Shown: positions 19,603-28,217, counted from the stretch's first letter. The stretch: DNA of 64,000 bases from an uncultured Anaerolineales bacterium (GCA_964608265.1 CAZSNP010000011.1:15488-79487), one strand, 5' to 3'. Translations and numbers: made by a program. Notes: generated by a model from the letters alone, not told the origin.

Positions 19603-20184
19603 ATGACCATTGGCCGCCTCCTCCGCAGTTCCACCACCGGCTTTGTCTTCGGCTGTCGCGTGGCTGAGGCCGATGTGCCGCGCTTCGGCGAGTTTGTCAA
19701 AGCGCCGGCGCAGCGCGGCCAGGCCGAGGTCATCGGCCTCGTCTACGACATCATCATGGAGGGCGATGCCTTTGTGCGCCAGATGGTGGCCGCGCCCGAC
19801 CTGACCGAGGAGTACGTGCAGGATATGCGCCTGAACCGCAGTGTGCCGATTGAGGTCAGCGTGCTGGCCATCGGTTACCGCAGCCACGATCAATGGGTGC
19901 AGTCGCTGCCGCCGCAGCCGCCGGTCACGCTCGACCGCATCAGCCTGGCCTCGATTGACGAAGTGGTGGAGTTCACCGCGCGCTTCGACTATCTGCGCCT
20001 GCTGCTCGACGCCTTCGACGCGCCGACCGACGAGCTCATCGCCACCTCGCTGCGCCAGGCTGCCGGGCTGCGCGCCCCGGCTGAGCGCAATCGCTTCCTG
20101 CGCGACGCGGGCCGCGAACTCGCCCGCCTGCTCAGCCGCGACCTGGCGCGTTTGGAAAACCTGCTGCGCCGGATCAAGCCGTGA
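19603..20184 (+). CDS. Stand-alone HAS-barrel-like protein with a helical C-terminal domain (function unknown)
   Basis: 193 aa from ATG 19603, with GGGAGAG upstream. The N-terminus MTIGRLLRSSTTGFVFGCRVAEADVPRFGEFVKAP..AEVIGLVYDII has the same pattern as the HerA N-terminal barrel encoded downstream. The C-terminal half is Arg/Leu-rich and helical. Confidence 0.5.
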   Translation: MTIGRLLRSSTTGFVFGCRVAEADVPRFGEFVKAPAQRGQAEVIGLVYDIIMEGDAFVRQMVAAPDLTEEYVQDMRLNRSVPIEVSVLAIGYRSHDQWVQSLPPQPPVTLDRISLASIDEVVEFTARFDYLRLLLDAFDAPTDELIATSLRQAAGLRAPAERNRFLRDAGRELARLLSRDLARLENLLRRIKP

Positions 20185-20299
20185 AGCTATGGGGACAGTT
20201 AGCGCAAGGACGCAATGAACGGCCTCCCTTTGCGCCGTTGCCTCTTCGCGCCTTTGCGTTATATCTGCTTTGAAAATGACAGCGCCGAAGGATTGACCA

Positions 20300-21994
20300 A
20301 TGACATCCCGCTCTGAAGACCGTGATTTCCTCCTCAACAACCGCAGCCCGCTGTTGCGCAACCGCCTGGGCCTCGTCATCGGCGGGTCGCTCTCGCAGGG
20401 ATTGGATGTCAAACTCGAAGTCGAAGACCTCAGCCGCGGGGTCCCGCTCGGCAGCCGCCTCGAGGGCATCGCCGTCGGCAAATATGTCGTCATCGATGGC
20501 AGCACGCGCCAGTTCTTCTCCATCGTCACCGACATCGCCCTCGACCACACCACGCCCGACCTGCTCAAATCGCCGCCGCCCGCCGACGATGATTTCGCCA
20601 AACAAGTCTACGGCGCCGAGCTGGCGTTTGGCCGGCTGCAGGTCGCGCCGATGCTGGTCTTCGATCAGGGCGACGACAAACCCAGGCCGGTCAAAACCAT
20701 CCCGACCCACTTCGCGCCGGTGTACGAGGCGACCGAGGACGACGTCAACCGCGTCTTTGGGCAGGAAGATGACGAACACTTCCACATCGGCACGCCGCTG
20801 GATATGGAGCGCGTCAAGGTCAACCTCGACCTCAAACGCTTCGTCGAGCGGTCGTCGGGCGTGTTCGGCAAGTCGGGCACCGGCAAGAGCTTCATCACCC
20901 GCACCATCCTCGGCGGCATCGTCAGGGCCGATGTGGCCTCGTGTTTGATCTTCGACATGCACAACGACTACGGCTGGAGCGTGCGCGACGAGCATGGGCG
21001 CGAGTTCAAGGGCCTGCGGCAGCTCTTCGATACGAGCAGGGTACAGGTGATCACGCTCGACCCGGAGACCTCGCGCCATCGCGGCAGCAGGACCGACGGC
21101 ACGCTGCAAATCGGCTGGGATCAGATCGAGCCGGAGGATGTGGAGATGTTGCAGGACATCCTCGGCCTGAGCGATGTGCAGGTCGGCTCGCTTTACTATC
21201 TGCACCGCAAGCTGCGCAAAGGCTGGATCGCCGAGCTGCTGCGCGAGGACGACAACAACGCCATCACCGAGATCGAAGAGTCGGAGAAGATTCAGAAGGG
21301 CACGCTGCGCGCTATCCAGCGCAAGTTTGAGTTCTTCCGCCGCTTCGGCTTTATGCGCGAGACCACGCCGCCCGACGACCTGGTCGAGTACATCTTCAAC
21401 GCCCTCAACCGCGGCATCAGCATCGTGCTGGAGTTTGGCGTGTACGGCAACACGCTGGCGGCATATGTGCTGGTGGCCAATTACCTCACGCGCCGCATCC
21501 ACGCGAAGTATGTGGACAAGAAGAACAAGGCTGCCGGGCGACAGGGCGAGGAGCCGAAGCCGCTGATCATCACCATCGAAGAGGCGCACAAGTTCCTCGA
21601 TCCCGAGATCGCCCAGCACACCATCTTCGGCAACATCGCCCGCGAGCTGCGCAAATACAACGTCACGCTGCTCATCGTCGATCAGCGCCCGAGCGGCATT
21701 GACGAGGAAGTGATGAGCCAGATCGGGACGCGCGTCACCTGTCTGCTCGACAACGAGGCCGACATCCGCGCGGTGTTCTCCGGCGTGAGCGGGGCGAACC
21801 AGTTGCGCGAGGTGCTCAGCCGTCTCGACACCCAGCAGCAGGCCCTCATCCTCGGCCACGCCGTGCCCATGCCCGTGGTCGTCAAGACGCGCGAGTACGG
21901 GCCGGAGCTTTACAAGGCGCTGGGCTTGGCCGACGAGGCGGCGGCGAAAGCGAAACGCAAGAAGGACAGCGCGGCGTTGTGGGGGGAAGAGTAG
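20300..21994 (+). CDS. herA: HerA/FtsK-like hexameric ATPase (DUF87 family)
   Basis: N-terminal barrel (LGLVIGGSLSQGLDVKLEV...GKYVVIDG). Walker A GVFGKSGTGKSF. IITIEEAHKFLDP. VTLLIVDQRPSGIDEEVMSQIGTRVTCLLDNEADIRAV. Confidence 0.85.
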   Translation: MTSRSEDRDFLLNNRSPLLRNRLGLVIGGSLSQGLDVKLEVEDLSRGVPLGSRLEGIAVGKYVVIDGSTRQFFSIVTDIALDHTTPDLLKSPPPADDDFAKQVYGAELAFGRLQVAPMLVFDQGDDKPRPVKTIPTHFAPVYEATEDDVNRVFGQEDDEHFHIGTPLDMERVKVNLDLKRFVERSSGVFGKSGTGKSFITRTILGGIVRADVASCLIFDMHNDYGWSVRDEHGREFKGLRQLFDTSRVQVITLDPETSRHRGSRTDGTLQIGWDQIEPEDVEMLQDILGLSDVQVGSLYYLHRKLRKGWIAELLREDDNNAITEIEESEKIQKGTLRAIQRKFEFFRRFGFMRETTPPDDLVEYIFNALNRGISIVLEFGVYGNTLAAYVLVANYLTRRIHAKYVDKKNKAAGRQGEEPKPLIITIEEAHKFLDPEIAQHTIFGNIARELRKYNVTLLIVDQRPSGIDEEVMSQIGTRVTCLLDNEADIRAVFSGVSGANQLREVLSRLDTQQQALILGHAVPMPVVVKTREYGPELYKALGLADEAAAKAKRKKDSAALWGEE

Positions 21995-22032
21995 TTGTGC
22001 TAGACTCAATGTGGTCAGGCTGGAGGTATGTC

Positions 22033-22293
22033 ATGCGAACTCTACAACTACAAACTCATGTCGGCTCCGATGGTCTCCTCAAGCTTGAGGTCCCCATTGG
22101 CCTGCGCAATATCGAACTAGAAGTGATTGTGATAGTACAGCCCCGCAAATCGGAGAATGGGGCTCAATACCGAACGCTGGAAGAGCTTGGCTGGCCGCCT
22201 GGTTTCTTTGAGCGAACCGCCGGCGCCTGGGCCGGCGAACCCATGGTGCGTGAGTCCCAGGGCACGTATGAAATCCGTGACGAGTTGGAATGA
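22033..22293 (+). CDS. vapB: VapB-type antitoxin (putative)
   Basis: 86 aa from ATG 22033, with GGAGG 6 nt upstream. The stop overlaps the PIN gene start (ATGA). Lower GC than the flanks. Confidence 0.55.
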   Translation: MRTLQLQTHVGSDGLLKLEVPIGLRNIELEVIVIVQPRKSENGAQYRTLEELGWPPGFFERTAGAWAGEPMVRESQGTYEIRDELE

Positions 22294-22693
22294 CATACCT
22301 GCTCGACACAAACACTTGCATCGACTTTCTCAATCGGCGCAACTCTCGGATCGAGGCGCGGCTAACGACCGTTGCGGTGAGCGAGGTGAGTCTGTGTTCT
22401 GTCGTGAAGGCAGAACTTTACCTTGGCGCATATCGTAGTTCGCAGCGTGAGAAGAATCTCGCATTGCTGGCAGACTTCTTTCCCCGTTTGTGAGCTATTC
22501 ATTTGACGACATTGCGAGCGAGGTGTATGGTCGTGTGCGCGCCGCGTTGATGAGTCAGGGACAGATCATTGGTCCAAATGACTTATTGATTGCGGCGATT
22601 GCGATTGCCAATGGTCTTACCCTCGTCACCCATAACGTACGCGAGTTCGGTCGGGTTTCTGGCCTTCAATTAGAAGATTGGGAAGCAGCATAG
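22290..22693 (+). pseudogene. vapC: PIN-domain VapC toxin split by a frameshift at about 22488-22493
   Basis: The first 67 aa (MTYLLDTNTCIDFLN...) end at TGA 22491-22493. The C-terminal half (SYSFDDIASEVYG...DLLIAAIAIANGLTLVTHNVREF) continues in another frame from 22490. Together they make about 134 aa, a normal PIN length. A sequencing error cannot be excluded. Confidence 0.72.
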
Positions 22694-22704
22694 CGAGAAC
22701 ATAA

Positions 22705-22733
22705 AAGCCCGAGCCATAGGCCCGGGCTTTTTT
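22705..22733. terminator. Bidirectional rho-independent terminator
   Basis: aagcccgagcc / ata / ggcccgggctt stem with 1 mismatch. TTTTTT follows on the plus strand and TTTTAT on the minus strand. It lies between the vapC end and the minus-strand pstB remnant end. Confidence 0.6.
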
Positions 22734-22735
22734 GT

Positions 22736-22855
22736 TCACCCAAACCTCCCCGTCACATACTTCTCCGTCGTCTCGTGTTTGGGGCGGGTGAAAATCTCGC
22801 CGGTCAGGTTGTACTCCACCAACTCGCCCAGCCAGAACAGGCCGGCGATGCTGCG
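22736..22855 (-). pseudogene. pstB: 3'-terminal fragment of a pstB-like ABC ATPase gene
   Basis: The minus strand encodes ...[33 protein letters not shown], the conserved PstB C-terminus. Upstream similarity stops at about 22855. Confidence 0.65.
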
Positions 22856-22859
22856 GCAG

Positions 22860-23225
22860 GCGGCATTGTGGGAGGAGGTGCACGACCGGCTCAACGCCTC
22901 GGCGTTCACGCTCTCGGGCGGGCAGCAGCAACGGCTGTGCCTGGCGCGCGTGCTGGCGCTCGAACCCGAAGTGGTGTTGCTCGACGAGCCGGCCTCCGGC
23001 CTCGACCCGATTTCGACGGCGAAGGTGGAAGAGTCATTGCAAGCCATCAAACAGGACTACACCATCGTCATCGTCCCGCACTCGGTGCAGCAGGGCGCGC
23101 GCATCGCCGACATGGCCGCGTTTTTTCTGCAGGGCGAACTGGTCGAATACGGCCCGGGCCGCGACATCTTTGTGACCCCGCACAACAAACGCACCGAGGA
23201 TTACGTGACCGGGCGCTTCGGCTAA
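22860..23225 (+). pseudogene. pstB: 5'-truncated pstB-like ABC ATPase gene (no Walker A)
   Basis: [50 protein letters not shown]...[32 protein letters not shown]...[10 protein letters not shown]. The signature, Walker B and H-loop are present, but the N-terminal roughly 110 aa are missing. Confidence 0.8.
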
Positions 23226-23284
23226 ACGGCCCGGTTGGGCGTGCTTTTGACGAAACACCCGAATCCGCGTACCCTGCGGCGTCT

Positions 23285-24514
23285 ATGACGCCGCTCACCC
23301 TCACGCCCCAACTCGCCCGCCGCCTCTTCATCCACAAGCAACGCCTGGCCGGGCCGGCGCCCGAGCCGAACGCAGCCGGCCTGCTCGACGTGGCGCGGGC
23401 GCTTCGCTGTTTGCAACTCGACCCGATCAGCGCGGTGGCGCGCAGCCATCAACTGGTGTTGTTCAGCCGCCTCGGGCCGTATGGCCTCGACCAGCTCGAT
23501 CAATTGCTCTGGCGTGATCGCGCGCTGTTCGAGTACTGGGCCCACTGCGCCTCGCTCGTGCTGACCGAAGACTTCGCCCTGCATCAGGCGCGGATGCGGG
23601 CCTACCCCTCGGGCGAGGGCGTGTGGAGCACACGGGCGCGCAAGTGGATCGGCGACAACGCCAGGCTCAAACGCTACATCCTCGGCCAGATCCGGAGACG
23701 CGGGCCGCTGCTCTCGCGCGACCTGGAAGAGGCCGGCCTCCAGCCCAAGGCCTGGGTCTCCACCGGTTGGACGTCGGGCCGCAACATCAGCCGGATGCTG
23801 GATTTTCTGTGGCTGTCGGGGCAGATCATGGTGACGGCGCGCCAGGGCGGGCAGAAGGTGTGGGATTTGGCGGAGCGCGTGCTGCCCGAGTGGACGCCGC
23901 GCGAGAAGCTGCGCGAACCCGAGGTGACGCGGCGCGCCATCGAGCACTCGCTGCGCGCGCTGGGCGTAGGCGCCGAGCGGCACATCAAGTATCACTTCGT
24001 GCGCGGGCGCTATCCTCACTTCAACGAGGCGATGGCTGAGCTGACACGCGAGAAGAGGATTCGAGGCGTGGAGATCAAGGGCTGGCCCGGGCAGTGGTAT
24101 CTCCACGCTGACGACGAGCCGCTGCTCGACGAATCACGCCTGGCGCCTCACGCGCCCCGCACCGCCCTCCTCTCCCCTTTCGACAACCTCATCGCCGACC
24201 GCGCCCGCACCAAGTTGATGTTCGACTTCGATTTCCGCATCGAGATCTACGTGCCGCCGGCGAAACGCAAGTACGGCTATTACGTGCTGCCCATCCTGCA
24301 CGGCGATCAACTCATCGGACGGATCGACCCGCAGCTGGATCGGGAGGCCGGTTGCCTGCGGGTGAACGCCGTGTACGCGGAACCCGGCGCGCCGCGCGAG
24401 GCCGGGCCGAACGTGGCCCGCGCGGTGCAATCGCTGGCGCAGTTTCTCTCCGCCCGCGAAATCCGCTACAATCGCCGGCGCGTTCCCGTGTTCTGGAAAA
24501 AAGCGCTTCAGTAG
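23285..24514 (+). CDS. YcaQ/AlkZ-family winged-helix DNA glycosylase (DUF1006; interstrand-crosslink repair)
   Basis: 410 aa from ATG 23285. LRCLQLDPISAVARSHQLVLFSR carries the Q-phi-D motif. Also LFEYWAHCASLV and YYVLPILHGDQLIGRIDP. Confidence 0.72.
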   Translation: MTPLTLTPQLARRLFIHKQRLAGPAPEPNAAGLLDVARALRCLQLDPISAVARSHQLVLFSRLGPYGLDQLDQLLWRDRALFEYWAHCASLVLTEDFALHQARMRAYPSGEGVWSTRARKWIGDNARLKRYILGQIRRRGPLLSRDLEEAGLQPKAWVSTGWTSGRNISRMLDFLWLSGQIMVTARQGGQKVWDLAERVLPEWTPREKLREPEVTRRAIEHSLRALGVGAERHIKYHFVRGRYPHFNEAMAELTREKRIRGVEIKGWPGQWYLHADDEPLLDESRLAPHAPRTALLSPFDNLIADRARTKLMFDFDFRIEIYVPPAKRKYGYYVLPILHGDQLIGRIDPQLDREAGCLRVNAVYAEPGAPREAGPNVARAVQSLAQFLSAREIRYNRRRVPVFWKKALQ

Positions 24515-24560
24515 ACCGCCGACGGCGGACCACAGACCGCCGTCCGCGTCGCTCATCCTC

Positions 24561-25820
24561 ATGCCCGACCCCATCCGCGCCCTGCACTTCGCCGACCTCC
24601 ATGTGGGCATGGAGAACTACGGCAAGATCGATCCGGCCACCGGCATCTCCAGCCGCATCCGTGATTTCCTCGACCGCCTCGATGAGGTCATCGGCTACGC
24701 GGAAGCGCACGACGCCGACCTGGTGCTGTTCGCGGGCGATGCGTTCAAAACGCGCGACCCCGACCCGACGCAGCAACGCGAGTTCGCGCGCCGCATCAAA
24801 CGGCTGGCCGAGCGCGCGCCGGTGCTGCTGCTCGTCGGCAACCACGATGTGCCCGGCATCGCCGCGCGCGCCACCTCGATTGACATCTTCACCACGCTCG
24901 ACGTGCCCAACGTCATCGTCGGGCGCAAGCCCGGCACGCAAGTGGTGCAGACGAGGCGCGGGCCGGTCTTCCTGGCGTGGATGCCCTTCCCGGTGCGCAG
25001 CCGGATGCTGGCCAATGAAACCTACGGCTCGATCGAAGAGCTCGATCGCGCCGTGGAGAAGGCCGTGCACGGCACGCTGGCCGACTTTGCGCGGGAGGCG
25101 GCGGAGCACGACATGCCGCGCGTGCTCGCGGGCCACTTCTCGGTGGGCGGCGCGGTCTTCGGCAGCGAACGGAGCGTGATGGTGGGCCGCGACCTCCTCA
25201 TCCAAAAATCCGCCCTCGCCGACCCGGCCTGGGATTACGTGGCGCTGGGGCACATCCACAAGCATCAAGACTTGACTGCCTCGGAACGAGGGCGCGGGGG
25301 TGAGGGCGAGCTGCGGGTCCCTCCCATCGTCTACTCCGGTTCGCTCGAACGCATTGACTTCGGCGAGGAGGTGGAGCCGAAGGGATTCTGCTGGCTCAAC
25401 CTGCAACGCGGCGCGACGACGTGGGAGTTCGTGCGCGTGGCGGCGCGGCCCTTTCACACCTTGCGCCTCGACGCGCGCGGCGAAGCCGACCCGACCGCGC
25501 TGGTCTGTGACCGGGTCGCGGCCCGCGAGCTGACCGGCGCGGTTGTGCGCGTGACGATTGAGCTGGACGAGGGCCAGGAGCCGCTGCTGCGCAAGCGCGA
25601 GGTCGAGGCCGCCCTGACCGAAGCGGGTGTGGCCACCATCGCCGGCATCACGCTCGAGGTCGAGCGAACCGTGCGGGTGCAGGGCATCGGGGCGAACGCC
25701 GAGGCGCTGACACCGCAACAATGGCTGCACCGTTACTTTGATGCGAAGAGCAAACCGCCGGAGCGGATCGAGAAATTGATGCAGGCCGCTCAAGGATTGC
25801 TGGACGGGGACACAGCATGA
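24561..25820 (+). CDS. sbcD: SbcD/Mre11 family nuclease
   Basis: Calcineurin-like phosphoesterase motifs: ALHFADLHVG, LFAGDAFK, LLVGNHD, VLAGHF and LGHIHKHQ. Confidence 0.87.
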   Translation: MPDPIRALHFADLHVGMENYGKIDPATGISSRIRDFLDRLDEVIGYAEAHDADLVLFAGDAFKTRDPDPTQQREFARRIKRLAERAPVLLLVGNHDVPGIAARATSIDIFTTLDVPNVIVGRKPGTQVVQTRRGPVFLAWMPFPVRSRMLANETYGSIEELDRAVEKAVHGTLADFAREAAEHDMPRVLAGHFSVGGAVFGSERSVMVGRDLLIQKSALADPAWDYVALGHIHKHQDLTASERGRGGEGELRVPPIVYSGSLERIDFGEEVEPKGFCWLNLQRGATTWEFVRVAARPFHTLRLDARGEADPTALVCDRVAARELTGAVVRVTIELDEGQEPLLRKREVEAALTEAGVATIAGITLEVERTVRVQGIGANAEALTPQQWLHRYFDAKSKPPERIEKLMQAAQGLLDGDTA

Positions 25821-25844
25821 GAACGTTGTGCATGATTGCGGCTC

Positions 25845-25944
25845 GCCCTCACCCCCGGCCCCTCTCCCAGCGGGAGGGGGGAGGGGCCTCGGAATGGTCA
25901 ACCCTGACTCCCTCTCCCGGAGGGAGAGGGCAGGGATGAGGGCG
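25845..25944. repeat. MITE/REP-like element, copy 1
   Basis: Left end GCCCTCACCCCC, right end GGGATGAGGGCG (near-inverted). Internal hairpins are cccctctccc/agcg/ggagggggg and a perfect ccctctccc/gga/gggagaggg at 25910-25930. Confidence 0.7.
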
Positions 25945-25955
25945 AAACCTGCGCC

Positions 25956-28217
25956 ATGATTCCTCTGCGCCTGGAACTCACCAATTTCCTCGCGTACCGC
26001 AATCCCGCGCCGCTGGATTTCACCGGGCTGCACGTGGCCGTGCTCACCGGCGAGAACGGCGCAGGCAAATCGTCGCTGCTCGATGCGCTGACGTGGGTGC
26101 TATGGGGCAAGGCCCGCGCGCGGCGCGATGATGAGCTGGTGCATCAGGGCCAGAGCGAGATGAGCGTGACCTTCACCTTCGCGCTCGGCGCGGATGTGTA
26201 CCGGGTGCGACGCGCCAAGCGCGCCGGCAAAGCGACCGGCGGCGTGCTCGATCTGCAGGCGCAGGTCGAGGGCAAATGGACCTCGCTCACCGAGGCCACC
26301 ATCCCCAGGACGCAGGACAAGATCACGCGCCTGCTGCGGCTGAACTACGATACCTTCGTCAACTCGGCCTACCTCCTGCAGGGTCACGCGGATGAGTTCA
26401 CCGGCAAGAAGCCGGCCGAGCGCAAACAGGTGCTGGCCGACATCCTCGGCCTGCAGGCGTGGGACGACTACGCCGACCGCGCGAAGGAGAAAATCAAAGC
26501 CTTCGACCAGCAACTGGCCGAGTTGGAGGGCCGACTGGTCGAGATCGAAAACGAGTTGGCCCGGCGTGACGACTACGAGCGCGAGCTGGGCGAGGCCAGG
26601 ACGCGCGTGATCGAAGTGGCCGAGCGCCTGCGGACGGCGGAGGGGGAGTGGGCGGGGATCGAGGCGGCGCGGCAGGCGCTGCTGACGCTGACCCGGCAGG
26701 CGGAGGACCTGGCGCGGCGGGTGCGAGGGGCGGAGGCTGAACTGGCGACGCTGGAGGCCGACCTGCGCGAGGCCCAGGCGCGCGCGGACGCGGCGACACT
26801 GGCGCATGACCTGCGCACGACCGAGCGCCGGCTGGCGCAACTGGAGGAGGTCGAAGGCGAGCGCGAGCGAACGGCCGAGGCGCGGCGCGTGACGGGCGAG
26901 CTGGCGGCGCAACTGCGCGGGCAAAACGACTCGGCCCAGGCCGAAGGCGAGGCGCTGAAGAAACGCATCGAGAGCGTGAGCGCGGAGGCCAACCAGGCCA
27001 AGAAGCGCCTGCACGAGTCGCTGCGCGGCGAGGTCGGCAGACTCGAACAGCGCGTCGCCAACCTGCGCAGCGCCACCGAGGCGGTGTGCCCGACGTGCGG
27101 GCAGCCGCTCACCGAGCCGCAACGCGCCGACCTCATCGAGCAACTGCTGGCCGAGGCCGAGGCGCGCACCACCCAATCCAAAGCCGAAGAGCACGCGCTC
27201 GAATCCCGCCTCAGCCAGACTCTGGCCGAACTCAACGCCGAGGTCGAGGCGCGGCGCGACCTCTATCGCCAAAACCAGCTGCAATTGAAAACGCTGGGCG
27301 ATGAGCAGGCGCGGATGGAACGCGACCTGCAGGCCTTCGCGCTGGAGTTACGCGACCAGCCGGCGCTGGCCGGGCGGCTGGGCGAGTTGCGGGCCGCGCT
27401 CGACCAGGCCGGCGCCGCGCAGGAAAAGATCGCCGAGCTGTTGAAGCGGCGCGACCGCTGGGCCAAAGCGCGCGATGAGGATGCGCGGACACAGACGCAG
27501 GTGGAGGCCGAGGCCGCGCAGCACCGCGCGGTGTTGCAGACCGCCGATGCAAAGCAACGCACGCTCGACGCGCTGCGACAAGAGGATACGCTGGCCAAAG
27601 CGCGGCTGGGCGCGGCGGAACAGAAGCTACGGGCCCTCGACACGCTGGCCCGGCAACGCGAAGCGCGCCGCGCCGAACGGCTGACGCTGGCCGAGGCCAG
27701 GGGACTGCACGAGGAGTTGCGCGAAGCGTTCGGCAAGCGCGGTGTGCCGGCCATGATCATCGAGACCGCCGTGCCCGAGATCGAGGCGGAGGCCAACCGT
27801 TTGTTGGGCCGCATCACCGACGGGCGCATGGCGTTGCGTTTCAAATTGCAGAAGGAGACCCAGGCCGGCGACGTGCGTGAGACGCTCGACATCGAGATCG
27901 CCGATGAGTTGGGCACACGGGCGTATGAAATGTACTCGGGAGGGGAGGCATTTCGGGTCAACTTCGCCATCCGCATCGCGCTCAGCCAGTTGCTGGCGCG
28001 GCGGGCCGGCACGCAATTGCACACGCTCATCATTGACGAGGGCTTCGGCGTGCTCGATGCGGCGGGCCGCGAACGGCTGGTGGAGGCCATCAACGCCGTG
28101 CAGGATGACTTCGACCGCATCCTGGTGGTCACGCACATCGCCGAACTCAAGGATGCTTTCCCCGCGCGCATCGAGGTGACCAAAGGGCCGAATGGGTCGG
28201 AGATCACGGTGCAGTAA
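25956..28217 (+). CDS. sbcC: SbcC/Rad50 family ATPase
   Basis: P-loop LTGENGAGKSSLLDAL. Long A/E/R/L-rich coiled coil. Zinc hook CPTCGQPL. Signature YSGGEAFRVNFAIRIAL. Walker B LIIDEGFGVLD. Confidence 0.87.
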   Translation: MIPLRLELTNFLAYRNPAPLDFTGLHVAVLTGENGAGKSSLLDALTWVLWGKARARRDDELVHQGQSEMSVTFTFALGADVYRVRRAKRAGKATGGVLDLQAQVEGKWTSLTEATIPRTQDKITRLLRLNYDTFVNSAYLLQGHADEFTGKKPAERKQVLADILGLQAWDDYADRAKEKIKAFDQQLAELEGRLVEIENELARRDDYERELGEARTRVIEVAERLRTAEGEWAGIEAARQALLTLTRQAEDLARRVRGAEAELATLEADLREAQARADAATLAHDLRTTERRLAQLEEVEGERERTAEARRVTGELAAQLRGQNDSAQAEGEALKKRIESVSAEANQAKKRLHESLRGEVGRLEQRVANLRSATEAVCPTCGQPLTEPQRADLIEQLLAEAEARTTQSKAEEHALESRLSQTLAELNAEVEARRDLYRQNQLQLKTLGDEQARMERDLQAFALELRDQPALAGRLGELRAALDQAGAAQEKIAELLKRRDRWAKARDEDARTQTQVEAEAAQHRAVLQTADAKQRTLDALRQEDTLAKARLGAAEQKLRALDTLARQREARRAERLTLAEARGLHEELREAFGKRGVPAMIIETAVPEIEAEANRLLGRITDGRMALRFKLQKETQAGDVRETLDIEIADELGTRAYEMYSGGEAFRVNFAIRIALSQLLARRAGTQLHTLIIDEGFGVLDAAGRERLVEAINAVQDDFDRILVVTHIAELKDAFPARIEVTKGPNGSEITVQ

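Noticed and set aside
20174-22009. 611-aa ORF on the minus strand across the herA region.
   Set aside because: It is antisense to a gene with clear HerA Walker motifs. The translation is Arg/Ala/Gly/Leu-rich with no recognisable motif, which is typical of open antisense frames in high-GC DNA.
22775-24514. 579-aa ORF read as one gene.
   Set aside because: The first roughly 170 codons are an alternative frame of the pstB remnant (Arg/Gly/Ala-rich). Family similarity (YcaQ/AlkZ) begins only at ATG 23285.
24312-26033. 573-aa minus-strand ORF across sbcD.
   Set aside because: It is antisense to a gene with all the phosphoesterase motifs. Its composition is Arg/Gly/Pro-rich and it runs through the REP-like element.
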